From positions 18,733 through 82,732 of the forward strand of contig CASHTH010004028.1 in the NCBI GenBank assembly GCA_030341885.1: 64,000 nt of DNA. The letters are read 5' to 3'. The notes under the pieces were generated by a model. The model did not search any database. It was not told the DNA's origin and saw only the letters and a list, made by a program, of their open reading frames with translations. Positions 22,461 through 35,700 of this stretch are shown piece by piece. How positions within the stretch are numbered: position 1 is the stretch's first letter; every line of letters starts with the position of its first letter. The position numbers were made by a program, and so were the translations under genes. The DNA comes from Geodia barretti (lineage: Eukaryota).

Positions 22461-23319
22461 CTCTCTGTCTTGCCTGCCAATCTCCGGGTCGATCGTCTGA
22501 TGCTCGGGGCGGCCGGGGGGCGTGCACCCCGTCTAGCTCGTGATACAACGCACATGCGCATGCGCAAATGTCTCAAACGCGACGACGTCGGCTAGTAGTG
22601 TATAGTGTGCGCGATGCGGTGAGACTCCTCTACACAACATACAGCTTTTTGCGCACTGTTTTGTAAAGCAGTGCAGCACATGGACGCCAGGGCTGAACGC
22701 AGTGAAGAGATGGTTCCGCTCCAGGAAGAGTCTGCATACGACGGTGCCGGTCGTACATCGTCCCCGTCCCACGACGTCTGCAAGTTCGTGTGCGGGCTCT
22801 TCGTGATCACACTGCTGGTGACGGCCCTATTCGGCGGGGGTTTATTTACTGGCTACGGCGCTATCTGCGATCGTCATCGGACGTGCAAGTGCACTGGGGG
22901 TGCAAATTCCGTAACTGCGAAATGGGGAGGAGAAGTCAACGGAACGGGGAGTGGGACGGCCGTTCCTGTGTCGAAATGGCTAGACGACGAGATGAAAGCT
23001 GGAAATATTAGAGAGAATCTAAGGTTTGGCACGGCTACATGAACATTGATTATTGATTATTGGTGCATTACTTATCGTGACTGCATGTTTCCAAGGAGCT
23101 TTTACTGAGAAGCCCACAGACCGAAATGTCAAACCGTATAGAGAATATTCCATAGATATTAATTTTGTATTGGTGCATTACTTATCGTGACTGCATGTTT
23201 CCACTGAGAAGCCCACAGGCAGAAATGTAAGGTTTGGCAAACCGTATATAGAAATTCCATAGATGTTTTTGTAGAATCAATAACTAACATATGGTTTTAA
23301 AAGCCCTGAACTATGACAA
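21771..23319. other. Asymmetric central spacer of the palindrome; holds the two divergent first exons and shared 5' region of the head-to-head peptidase genes
   Basis: The reverse complement of 23043-23319 does not match 21771-22140. The two exon-1 ORFs (22200-22460 minus, 22671-23042 plus) encode different proteins of the same architecture. Confidence 0.85.
22461..22679. promoter_or_regulatory. Shared bidirectional promoter of the head-to-head peptidase paralogs; contains a tandem CATGCGCATGCGCA with a perfect GCGCATGCGC (NRF-1 type) palindrome at 22557-22566
   Basis: Divergent ATGs at about 22460 (minus) and 22680 (plus). GC-rich, with no TATA visible. Confidence 0.5.
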
Positions 23320-26300
23320 CCGGATTATTGTGCGTCCTGATGCAGGGAGCTGACAGCGAAACCTCACATCGCGGGCAATGTCAGTGATATGGAAGTGGCC
23401 ATGTTGATCTACAATCGCTGGAAGGGCTACAAGACCTTTGACCGAGTGGAGCTGGCCAACTACACGGTCCTGCTGCAGTACCCAGGGAACAGCAGTAGTC
23501 CCAACAGACTGGAGCTGCGGGAGTCGGGGGGGAAGGTGGTCTACACTGCAGCTACCCGCCAGGAGAAACCTCTGCTGCCACAGGAGAGAGATCCCTCCGT
23601 CGCTCCTCCTTTTAATGCCTACTCTGGCACTGGGAACGTCTCTGTGAGGACAACCACTGGACCACATATCTTCACCTGTTACCATCTCTCTCTTTCTATT
23701 GGCAGGGTCCTCTGGTGTATGTTAACTATGGTAGACTGGAGGACTTTTACTATCTCAACACTACCCTCAATATCAGTCTGGACGGACACATCTGCATCAT
23801 ACGCTATGGAAAAATCTACCGTGGAGATAAGGTTACCCTTAATACTGAAAGAGTGCAAATTTTACCATCCAAATTGTCATGTCACTAATGGAGTTTCATT
23901 TGCTCTGTGCATACTATAAAACTAGCAAAGAATTTGGCTATTGGGATCACTGTGCCAATTTTTTCTAAGAAAAACATTTTGCTGCAAATGTTTACCAAAC
24001 TGTGCATAATGTTTCCCTTCAAAAGGTTTTCCCCATCTAGCTATTGAGTGTGTCCCATGTTGACCTGTAGGCCTACCTGGCAGAGCAGAGTGGTTGTATT
24101 GGAGTCATCATCTACTCTGACCCCGCGGATTATGCCCCCAGAGATGGTCCCCCTGGTCTTCCCCAACGGCACCAGTCTCCCACCCTCCGGGGTGCAACGA
24201 GGATCACTGTTCCAGAGAAACGGCGACCCCCTGACTCCGGGGGTCCCTGCAATTCCAGGGATATTCAGGAGAGACTATGAGGAAGATGTGGTGAAGAAAG
24301 GATACGCTCCCAGTATCCCAGTACAACCCATCTCTTATGGAGATGCCATCCACTTCATGAAGTTTGACAGATTAACTATAACATGTTGAATCTTCTACTA
24401 TAGCTCGAGATTTAGTGATGCAGAGAATTGTGCTATTGCTGTCTAGTGGTTGAGTGTTTCATGTGTATTGTTGCAGCCAACTGACTGAGTACCGAGCCCC
24501 TGTCAACTGGACTGGTCAGCTGAACATGTTCTACTACTGCATCCTCCAGTCACCCACCAACACCAAGTATGGAGGGAGGGAGGGGGGAAGAGAGGGGGGT
24601 TAAGTCTCTGTGCGTCTTCTGCAGTGAGATATATCTTGAAGTCAACAACTACCTGGTTCATAGGAACATCACTAATGTCATTGCTACAGTGTATGGATCA
24701 GTGGAGCCAGGTTAGTCACTGAACCATCTCTTTGCCTTCTGTGTCACGGTCTTTGCCTTAGACAAACTCCACACCGAATATGAAAGAACACTGTTGTAGC
24801 TATGTGCTCTGGGGCTATTTTCTTTTCCTTTGCCTGTTTGTCTGTCAGATCGCTACGTTCTGCTGGGTAACCACCACGATGCCTGGACATTTGGAGCAGT
24901 GGACCCAAACTCTGGGACTGCAGTACTCATGGAGCTGGCCAGAGCTCTCAGTGACCTCCGCAGCAAAGGTCAGAGCCCCCTGGACCGCAGTCACCAGACT
25001 GGGTGTCACGGTGAAGGTGCTCATCTCTCTCTCTCTGTCTGTCCCCAGACTGGAGACCAGGTCGAACCATTCTCCTCTGCAGTTGGGATGCAGAGGAATA
25101 TGGACTGATTGGATCCTACGAATGGACTGAGGTATCGATACATACTGTGGCACCACCACATGATGTGACCACTCAGACTTTCCTCTTTCTTCTCCTCTGA
25201 AGGAACATGCAAAGATCCTAGGAGCCAATGCTGTAGCCTACCTGAATGTGGATGTTGCCGTTGGTGGTAAAGCTAGTCTACAGCTAAAGATTTCTAGGCC
25301 ATCATAATTTTCTCTGCAAAATTTGTGGGTCGGGATAAACACCCAATTTTTCTCTGTATATCACAGGGGTATACTCTTTCAATGCTGCTGCCACCCCACT
25401 TCTCATCCAGCCTATCTACACTGCAACCAAAACAGTGAGAGTGCTTTTATTAATATGCTGTCTTATTGAGTTGTGTCTCTGTAGACCAAGTGCCCCAACA
25501 AAGGTTTTGCCACAGTCTATGACGAGTGGCTCCACTACCAACCAAACCCCACCAACAGCGCTCCTCAGTGAGTTGACTCTAGTCCTCCACTGTCTCCTGG
25601 TGACAGCTCCAGCCACTGTCTCCTCTCCTCTCCTCTACAGAGTCCCTGGTCTTGGCTCAGGCAGTGACTATACCCCCTTCCTACAAGGTTTTGGCATCAC
25701 CTGCTCTGACATGAACTACAGATACTTTGTAAGCTTCCCTCTCTTTCTTTCCCCTTTGATCTTCTAGTATATAACATGCTCTGAACCTTACGCACACACT
25801 AAAAATCAGTACACACTTCAGGAAAATTTGTGTTTCATTGCTTATTCTGCTCTCTCTCTCTCTGTATAGGACCCCGTAGGGTACCCAGTGTATCACTCAG
25901 TCCACGACAACTTCTTCTACGAGGCCAACCTGAGGACCCGTCCTTCTCCCACCACACAGCCGTGGGTCTGTGTGGGGTAAGGTGGCCCTCTCTCTTGCCA
26001 ACCTCCCCCGTCCTCCCTACGACCCCAGAGACTACTCCACTGCACTCACAAACATCATGGCGGGATTGGTGGAAGAGTATGGAGAGGTTCTGTCTTCCCA
26101 GAACATAAGTCTTGGTAGGTTCCTTCAGCCCTTTCTCTCTTTCTCCCCCTCTCTATTGATGAGTAATAATTTGATCCTCCCTAAATGGCTACTTTTATGA
26201 GAACGAAACTCATGAATGTAATTCGCTGATTTTCCTCATTTCCCCACTACCATTTTTCCTGTGTTCGACTTCCCAACAAGTTTTCCCTCTTTTTTGCCAC

Positions 26301-26960
26301 CCACACAATACCCATCCTCCAGATGACTTTCTCTATTATACAGATTACCTCAACAGCTCCATCAGAGAGTTCACGATGTCCGCCGAATGTCTGTGGGAGG
26401 AGTTACAGAAGGTGTCAGGTGACCCCAGTGACCTCAGTCGTGTCAGGAGACTCAACGATCAACTGATGCAGTTGGAGAGAGCCTTCATTGTACCAGAGGG
26501 TCTCCCTGGAAGACCTTACTACAAGTTAGAGATGGTTATAGACAGAGGTGGGAGAGCCTTTAGGGTCCAAAGAAAGTTGAGAGTCTATTACAAGAAAAAG
26601 GATATAATTATAGAAAAGGGCCATACGTACATACGTACATACGTACATACGGTGTCTCACGTATCATGGAATTTGCACACCATTTGAAAATTGTAGCACA
26701 CATGTTGTTGTGGGTGTATTAGGTATTGTGTGAATTTCCGTCTCCTATGCAGACATGTGGTTTATGCGCCCAGCTCAGTCAACCAGTACGGCAGCTCTCT
26801 GTTTCCCGGTGTGTCTGATGCCATCTTTGCGGCCATGGAGTGGGGTCGTAGCTGGGACCTTCTCAGAGAGCAGCTGGACCTGGTTCGGGTCCACATACTC
26901 TATGACTCTCAGATCATGACTCAAAGCCTTGACAACACAATAGCTTTTACAACAGTATAA
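22680..26960 (+). CDS. Glutamate carboxypeptidase II / NAALADase-like paralog B, 15 exons
   Basis: Exons 22680-23023, 23346-23643, 23706-23831, 24071-24361, 24477-24566, 24625-24710, 24849-24968, 25049-25131, 25203-25266, 25367-25434, 25485-25567, 25641-25728, 25870-26114, 26344-26524, 26753-26960. Phases are consistent except for single-nt frame breaks in exon 4 (a run of 5 C at about 24170) and exon 13. The first exon encodes ..[26 protein letters not shown] (TM helix) ..[17 protein letters not shown]. Confidence 0.8.
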
Positions 26961-27075
26961 TTTTGTTATGCTTAAATGCTGCGTCAGTGTTCGGTGATTG
27001 ACCTGTTCTCTCAGCTGCCTTTTGCATGTGCGCATGCGCAAGGTTATTCGGCATTACGTCACCCATAAACAAATA

Positions 27076-29142
27076 ATGGCGATGGCTTTCTTGTTCTCAC
27101 GTCGGCGTCGTTGCCTCGTTCCGGGCTTGTGTCTTCTTCTGTCTCTCCTACCATCAGCTATTCCAGGAGGCGAGTCCTCTCAAACGGCCGAAATCACCGT
27201 CCCTTGTGACGACGGCAAGGTGGGGCTACAGTAAAACATGATCGTAGGTTTGCCATTCTGCCCAATGAGCGTGCTTCACGTTGGTCCACTAGGTCGGTAA
27301 AGACATAGAGGACCTGAAACAGTGGACCTCCTGTTCGGGACAGCACTTCGAACCCCCGGAGGTACGGTAGAACCCCTCCAAAGCTATGTCCAGAAATAAG
27401 ATTAGCAAATCATGTTTTCGTATGCAGTTTGTACAGCCGTCTCAAAGCGAAGTTTGCTCTCCTACACTCCACGAAGTGAGTTCTACACTTCAGCACACGT
27501 GTGCAAAGCTTTTACCGTGTCATTCTCTCGCAGGCAAATTCCAAATGTACAGATGTTCATTTGACTTACACTGAACATCCACCTTCAAGGCAAGTGGAAG
27601 TTTTACTTATTTTTGCATTCTCTCATTATACTATTCCTCTTCTTCTAACTCCAGTGGAGACTATCGACCTCTGAGGCCAAAGTATGGGACATATGAATAT
27701 CTGCCACCTCAGAGATGGCTCTCTGCCCTCCAGGTATAGACATCTCTCTTTCTACAACTATAGGCTTTCTAGTGGGAAGAGAAAAACAATATCAGATAGC
27801 GTTAAACTGTGAATGTTTACTGAATGTATCCTACTATGACAGTATATGTGCTCTCCCTCCTATATACAGTACGGTGCGGTGGTATTCCTCTACCACCCAT
27901 GCACCCCTCCTGACCAGGTCTCCCAGTTGAAGCAGCTGGCTCGGAGCTGTCTGTGGCGCCATTTCGTGTCCCCTTACCCTCTCCTGGACTCTGAATGGGT
28001 TAGCCACACTTACCCTCGTTAGCTGGAGATTGGCAGGTGTCCAAAAGCTTGCTGCATCTTGTTTATGCTCAATCCATTTCTAGTACCATAGCAATAGTAA
28101 GGATAGATAATGGGCTGCTTTATTCCTTTAATAATGTAAAGATGCCGTTGCCTAACAAACAATTAGTGTGAATTTCTCCAAAGAGTCGAACTGTTGAAAG
28201 GTTGCTGGAGAATTATCATTTTTTTGTAGGGTGCAATATTTTCCCCTTGTTTGGGTGCTTCGGGGCTAAGAAATCGAACTTGGTTTCTGGTCAAAATCCA
28301 TGACATAGTTTTACTACTAATCTTCGACTATTTCTCCGCTGCAGCCAATGGCTGTTGTGTCTTGGGGGTGTGTCCTCCGAGTAAAGTGGGTGGAGTCGGA
28401 AGCAATCAAAAAATGGGTGGAGTCACATGCACTACGCACTCCTCAAACGGCAGAGTTCGCTAATGATGGCACCTACGATGAAGGTATATACTATTATGGT
28501 AGTACACTTGCTAATCGTCTCAATGTTTTCTGTGCCAATGTCTTCACCCTCACCAAGTTTCCCATGGTATATATAACACTCCTTGTCTTATAACCTTCCG
28601 TTGCAGGGTTGATTCAACCAGCAGACAAGGTGGAATTGAATGGAGACGAGGCTGTCTGTCCCTCACCTCCTCCTCCCACCACCATCCTCCCTTCCTCCAC
28701 CAACACACACACTAACACCACCAACACCAGCAAGCCTACCTGTCCCAACACTGCCACCTCTACCAATTCATCTCACAACAAAACAGACTCAGACTGTAGC
28801 CTCCCCCCCACTCCTACCTTCAACCCAGCCCCAGCTAGCAATCTCCCGCTCCACCACCATTTCGGCTACACCGTCCTGATGTGTGTTGCTGGAGCCGCGC
28901 TCCTACTTGTGATCCTCGTGTCTGCCTTGAATCTGTGCTGCTGCAGTGCAACTCGCCGGAGGAGACGGCGGGCCAGGTACAAGTCGGTGAGCAAGTTTTT
29001 CCCGTTCTCGTACGGGGAGCAGCTGGACGCCGATGGAGGGAGCGATGGAGTGAGCGTGGCTATTCCAGAGTACGGACTGCCCAAGAGTGGACGGGCTGAG
29101 AGGGAAATGCTACTAAATGATTCAGACGAAGATGAAATCTAG
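27076..29142 (+). CDS. Uncharacterised single-pass type I membrane protein, right-arm copy
   Basis: Mirror of 16030-18088(-). Exon 1 is 27076-27229 (signal peptide). The last exon 28609-29142 ends ..DSDEDEI. Confidence 0.5.
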
Positions 29143-29759
29143 CCCCCCTTATTTTTGTTTTTCAAGGTATTGTTTTAGTTGTGTATTGTGTGATTTGTGC
29201 AAAATGCAGTAGGCTCTTCCTTTTTCATCACACCACCTATACTGCTCTCATGGCACATGATCTGTAGTACTATGTCAGCAGTACAACATTATACTTCCAC
29301 AAGTTTCGAGTCAAGTCAGTGCACCTATGTAGTGGTTTCAAAAACTGTAGAATATAGTTACACATGTGGGTTTTTTAAACACAGCACATCCACTATTGTC
29401 CCTGAGAAGCTGTGTTCTATGGCGTGCTTCCCTAAACCGTTGTCACACTTGCAGGTTTAAAATGTTGCTGTCACATTTTTTAACAACGCACATGCACTAT
29501 TATTCATGAGCAGCTGACCTACATGTACTTGCCATTGGCTCGCTAAAACAACGTGTAGCACTTGTTCTACATTATAGTTCGACAGTCAGATTGAAATTTA
29601 TTAGAGGGGCAAACATGCATTATGCCAAATGAAGAGAAGAAAGGAGAGAGAGAGAAAAGAGTTCATGCGTATGGGAGTATATAATTACACAGGCATCAGG
29701 AGTGAAGGAGGTTGGGAGGGAAGGAAAATGAGGAGAAAGGGGAAGGAGGGGAATGAATG

Positions 29760-32700
29760 TCAGAACTGGGAAGAGAGGGCCTTGAGAAGGCTGGTCTCCC
29801 AGCTGGACAGCAGGAAGGAGAGGGTGTAGCTGTCACAGCAGCAGGCCAGGGTGTCCGCCAGAAGCTTCCCGACCTCCGAGAGGAGCGGGGTGGGGTCTCC
29901 TCCCCCGTACGACTCCAGGTCACACTCCGGGGAGTAGTCGGGGTACCCCGGAGGAATACGGACGGTTAGCGAGGGGACTTTGGGCAGGTCCTCATCCACT
30001 GTGTGAACAGAAATCAGAATCTTTACGATGGTATAATAATATAGTAGTGCACTTTTTTCGTTTTTGTTGGTCATAAAATTTGATTTTCGTCCTTTGTTGG
30101 TTGATATTCGTCTCTTGTTGGTCTAAGCACAAGCGCAAACAATGCAAATTGTAGTCTAGACGAACCTCAACTGTAGAAAATCAAAACGCAAGACCAACGA
30201 AAAAAACTGCGAGAAACAGAAACGAAAAGTGCACTGCTGGAACAAATTAATAGTTTTCCCATATTATGGGATACTCTGACATTATTATGTGCACACAACG
30301 AGGAGAAGGAGTAAAGAGGAGAGGGGGAGGAAGAGAAAAGAGGAGAGGGGGAGGAAGAGAAAAGAGAGAGGGGGAGGTAGAGAGAAGAGACGAGAGGGAG
30401 GAAGAGAAAAGAGGAGAGGAGGAAGAGAAAAGAGGCGTGGACTGACCGATGCTGCACTCTAGCATGGTCCCTCGGGTCTGCTCCTCCTGGGGGAGTGGGT
30501 GAACTTTGAACCCCACCAGATGGGCAATCTCTCTCCTCAGACAGAGAGATATTGCTGGCTCAACTGTGGGAGAGCAGAATAGTAGAGTGAACATCAATAA
30601 CAACCCAAGTAGCAAGAGGGGCATACTAGCAACACTATGAGCTTTTCTCAGACAAACTTTAGCATTAAATCGGTGGTATCACGGACCACGTTTTTGTCCA
30701 CAAACAGTACACGATGTATACACAACACAACACACCATTAAACCTGTAGTGTAATGTATCAACAAACCCTACCTCTATTGCACATCCTCTTGGAGGGAGG
30801 AAGACGGTCAGCGGGGAACGGATGTGAGCGGACAGTACATGTCTCTATGAGGTTCCCTAGTGTTGGGGTCGGTGAAGGAATCATTTTGAACTCTAGTAGC
30901 GACTGAGATTTTGGCTCCGGGAGGGGTTTGGTTGAGGGGTCGACGAGGGTGTGGTTCGCTGCGGACGAGGTCGCAGGGGGCGCGGGGGCGACGGAAGGGG
31001 GGTTGGAGGGAGGCGGCTGCGAAGAGGTGGAGTCCAGGTGTTCTCTCAGCTGCTGCTGCTCAAACATCTTCTCAAGGGCCGTCTTGCATTTTATGAGAGT
31101 CGGGAGAGGGACCCTGTGTGTCGCATTTTTGGTCATGGTTAGTTCGTGTACACTTAAATTCATGTTTGTTTACGCCTACTTGACAATGTAGCAAAATGCT
31201 AAGTTTAGAGGGGGCATTCTGTGGGTGTGGACTATTGTAAAGTTTCTTTTCGCCAGATATCCGTTCTTCTAAACGCCTCGCTCGACAGTAGCATGAACAT
31301 ACAGTAGTGAAATTCAGAAAAAGAAAGCAAATTTAAAAATATAAGGACAGAGAAAACGGAAGGAGAAGAGAGAGTGGTGAGAGGAGAAAGTCACCTCTTC
31401 TTGTCGTCCTGCAATAAACTGTGGAGGCTCTTGAGTTTCATATACTGCTCTGACTTGTGGGCGTCTTCACCCTCTTTCTTCAGTGTGCGGTTCATCATGC
31501 GAGTGAGGAGCGGGAGGTAGACCTGGAGCTCGTGGTGCGTCCGAAGGTACGCCTCGTTTTCTTCCGGAGTGACCGTGGAGTGGGCGGGGCTTCCGATGCT
31601 GGTTGCCGGGGAGGCAGGGAGGAGTGGAGTGGGAGGAGGGGCAGGCGATGGGACAGGCTGCGACTGGAAGATGACAGGTGAGTTCGTAATGGGATGATAA
31701 CTTACAAACACAGGGCAGAGAACAACCAGCTTCGCAACATGTTCTGATAATGAACGTAGTACAACAGCAAACAATACAATGATGCTATGCACTGATTGAG
31801 TTTTGCGCAGCCTGGCTTACATTCTTCCGTGCGCTTCTGCTAGCTTCAGTTATGATGCAGTAGTCTTGTGCCGGGCTGCGTTTGCATCGCCACACAGCCC
31901 CTTGCGCACATGCATACAACAAGAACTTGCATTAATTTCAATGGGTCAAAGTTAAACACCACAACACTGTTACCTAACCAATTGTCGTCTTGACTTATGA
32001 CAAATAATGTATTGTAATAGAAGTATGTTTTATACCTGTAGATAATTCATGGCAGTAGCTGAGGCTGAGGTGGAGGGAGGAGGGTGGGGGTGAGGGAGAG
32101 ATGACTGTGGCTGGGAGGAAGAGGAGGAGGGTGGAGCGGAGGAAGCGGGAGGGAGAGAGGGAGCATTGGACGAGGAGGTGGCGGCTGAGGGGTTGGAGAC
32201 TGCACTGCTGGAGGCTGGAGGCTGTGTGGGTGTGTGCGCACGTGCATGTGTGTGCACAAATAAACGAAGGGGTGGATAGCTACACAGGTGCACACAGCAG
32301 TCGCTGCAGCAAAAACAAAGCGCAACAGCATATACCATAGGTAAGCACACAAATCTAAAAGGACTTCACTTTATATGGTTTATGATCCATCTCTATTACA
32401 CAGCTTCAAGTAAGTCTGGTAGATTCTCAAAGTGCACTCCATTCTATATGATGCTCACCCCTACAGAGTCATTCTATATGATGCCCACCCCTACAGAGTC
32501 ATTCATGTGATTCTATATGATGCTCACCCCGACAGAGTCATATGGAGGTGCAGGCTGTCTTATCCCCCCGACGGAAGAAGCAGGGAGGTAGGAGGGGTTT
32601 GGGACCGCCATCACCGGCTGGACACTCCCACTGATGTCTGACGTAAACCCAGTCTGAACCTGCTGGACCATCGGTCCTCCGTACACTCCGCCCACCCTCC

Positions 32701-35700
32701 CCATCCCCGCCGGTATCCCTCCCCCCATCCCCATTCCCCCTCTCCCCATCGCCATCGCCATCGCCCCGGGCCCGCTGTGCTGCTGCATCATGCCTCCCCC
32801 GGCCATCCCCGGCATTCCGCGCCCCATCGGTCCCTGCTGGGGTCTCATTAGAGAGGGGTTGATTGAGGGTTGGCGCTGCGGTATCCCCATTCCGTGCATC
32901 TGGTTGGCTACAGACATCACTGGGTTGAAGTGTGGCTGATAGTTTACGTTCTGGAGAGAGAGAAAGGAGGAGGAAGGGAGGGGAAATATGGAGGGAGAGA
33001 CAAAAGGAAGGGAAAGAAATAAAGAGTGTGCGTGAGCAAAGAGAGACATGAAGTAGTTAGCGAGAAAGGTCTCTAGGAATGCAAGCCAAATAACCACAAC
33101 GCGCGTACTGTACATTCCGACCCATTGAACCCTTGCACCTGTTGGCATCCAAACATTGAAAGGACATCAATCGGGAAAAGGTACATGTAGTTCACTTGTT
33201 TGCCTTGCCTTGCCTTTCTACCTCGTTACCAAGTTGTTGAGACATGCTGTATATACCCCATAACTTGCACCCAAAACATATCTGGACGTTCAGCGCATTA
33301 CGCACTCATTCAACTGTGTTTCCTTCACAAAAATTGCTATTGTGCTGCAAGGTTTTTTATTATAAGGATGGTGAATTCACCTGTGGGTAGTTGTGTACAC
33401 TCATTGGGTGTTGGGCGTGTCCATATGGTCCACCGTGTACCATTCCCTGAGCAACCCCTGCCATCATTGGTCGTTGGGTGGGGTGCATTCCCGGTTGCAT
33501 TCCATGCTGCATTGACCCGCCCACTGTGCGGTGCATGTGGGGAGAATAGTGAGGGTGTTGGGTGGGGTGCATCTGCTGGGCGGTCCCTCCTCCCTGCTGG
33601 TAGGTCTGGTAGCTTCCTCCTCCGCCCGGCTGCTGCATCTGCTGCATGGGGCGAGTCATACCCATACCTGTACATAGAAGGAGGGGGAGAGAGAAATGTG
33701 GGAGTGGGAAGAGGGAGAGAGGGGGGAGAGAGAAATGTGGGAGTGGGAAGAGGGAGAGAGGAGGGAGATAGGGGGAGAAGGGGGAGAGAGAAATGAGGAG
33801 TGTTCATAGTGGAGATAGGGGAGTAGAGCCATGAGGGAGTGGGACAGTGTGAGAGAAGCGAGCGGAAAGCAGGAAGAAACAGTGAAACGAGTGTGGAGGG
33901 CAGACGGGAAGACAGAGAGAGAGGAAGGTGGAATGCTCTAATACGTGTTTCGAAGAGACTGGAATGCTCAGGGGGAGGGGTGAGCATGTTTGTAAGTGAG
34001 TCAGACCTGAAAGGAAGTGAATACTGGCAGAACATCCACAACAAAAGGAAAACATATCGGGCAACATGGGAAGAACAGAGACTGTTCCTAGAAATGCGTG
34101 CAAGCACCACACTTGTCTCAATGACCACCTACCATTGATGTAGCACAGTATATACTACATGCATAGCTGCAATATGATATTCACACTATTCCAAACAGTC
34201 AAATTTATGGGTTGGAGAATGCACTTTTCTCTCAAGTTTTCAGCATTATCCAGTGCTATGCTATTGTTCTGGGTCTCAAGTGAAGATAGCAACTTTGAAC
34301 AAAGATTAACTATTACGTGCAACTGTTTTGCATGTCTTGTAAGTACTTTTTGAGAGAGAGCCAAAACTCTATTTAGATTTCACGTTATTGAGAGCGTCCC
34401 CGCATGCCTCCTTTAAAAAATGGGTTAAGACTGGGACCCCGATACTATTATGTAATACCATGTAAAGTACCTGCAGGGTTGACTCCAGCCATGTTAGAGC
34501 CCGAGACGGAGTAGGAGACGCCGCCACTCAACTGAGACTGCTGCTGTTGGAGGTTAGACGACTGAGGGAGCGATTGATTTGACTGCTGGTGTTGCTGCTG
34601 CGGGTTCTGAGCTGCTAGGTCTGTTGGTGGTGGTGGTGGAGAAGAAGGAGGAGGATGGAACGAAGATAGTGAGTGAGGATGGAGAGTGAGTGAATGGGCA
34701 CGGGAAGAGGAGAAAGGGGATAGGAGAAGCAGAGGATGAGCGAGGGAGAAAGTATAATACAAAGTAGAGAGAGGCAAAGACGAGGGAGAAAATGGCAGGT
34801 GCACCCATGCAGGCAAGGAAGCACAGCGCAAAATGTGGTCTGACAGCAAACCCAACCACCCATGCAACCATCCACACCACCACCACTTGGAAAAACCAAC
34901 TGAACTTTGACCCGACGATAGTAACCCACTACCGCAGGGGCCTCACCAGATCACCAGCTACGCACTGCCAACAGCATGCACTATATACACACATCTGCCA
35001 CAGTTCAGGGTCTAAGGCTTACTCGTTAGGTATAGGGTGTACCCCCACATGAAAGATACCCTTTTCACTGCCTAAGGAGGTAAATGCAATCAACCTTTCG
35101 GTATCACTCAGCCAAAACAACCTCCCTCTCTCTCTTCCCATTTTCCTTCTGCAGAAACACATACAGTACATTGCACATCAACAGGTAGCATTTTACGCCG
35201 CTTTTCGTAAGTGCAAAACTATCACACCTTCAAAAAAGGCAGAAAGACAAAAGAATATCTAAAATGTGGAAAGCAGCAACCCGTGAAAAATTTCTCAGAA
35301 AAAATTTTTAGCATGCCACTGAAGTTGCATGTACACATATACACCTGGGCAGATATCTCACAGTAACACCATGGCAACCTTCCAGGAAACCTATACAGCC
35401 CCCTCCGCCCACATCAAAGAGGTGCGAAGATATTAATGCCTACCAACAACACTACTCTGTGGCTGGCCAAAGAAAATTGGGGGGACTTTGGACGGAAACT
35501 AAGGTTTATGTGCTCCAGGAAACCTATACAGCCCACATCAAAGAGGTGCGAAGATATTAACAACACTGCTTTGTGGCTGGCCAAAGAAAATTGGGGGAAC
35601 TTTGGACGGGAAAACTAATGTTTATGTACTTACTTTGAAGGCTCTTTCTCTTTGTTAGCATAAAGAGAATTCGCTGCAGCTTGGCCGTGTAGTCATCCTG

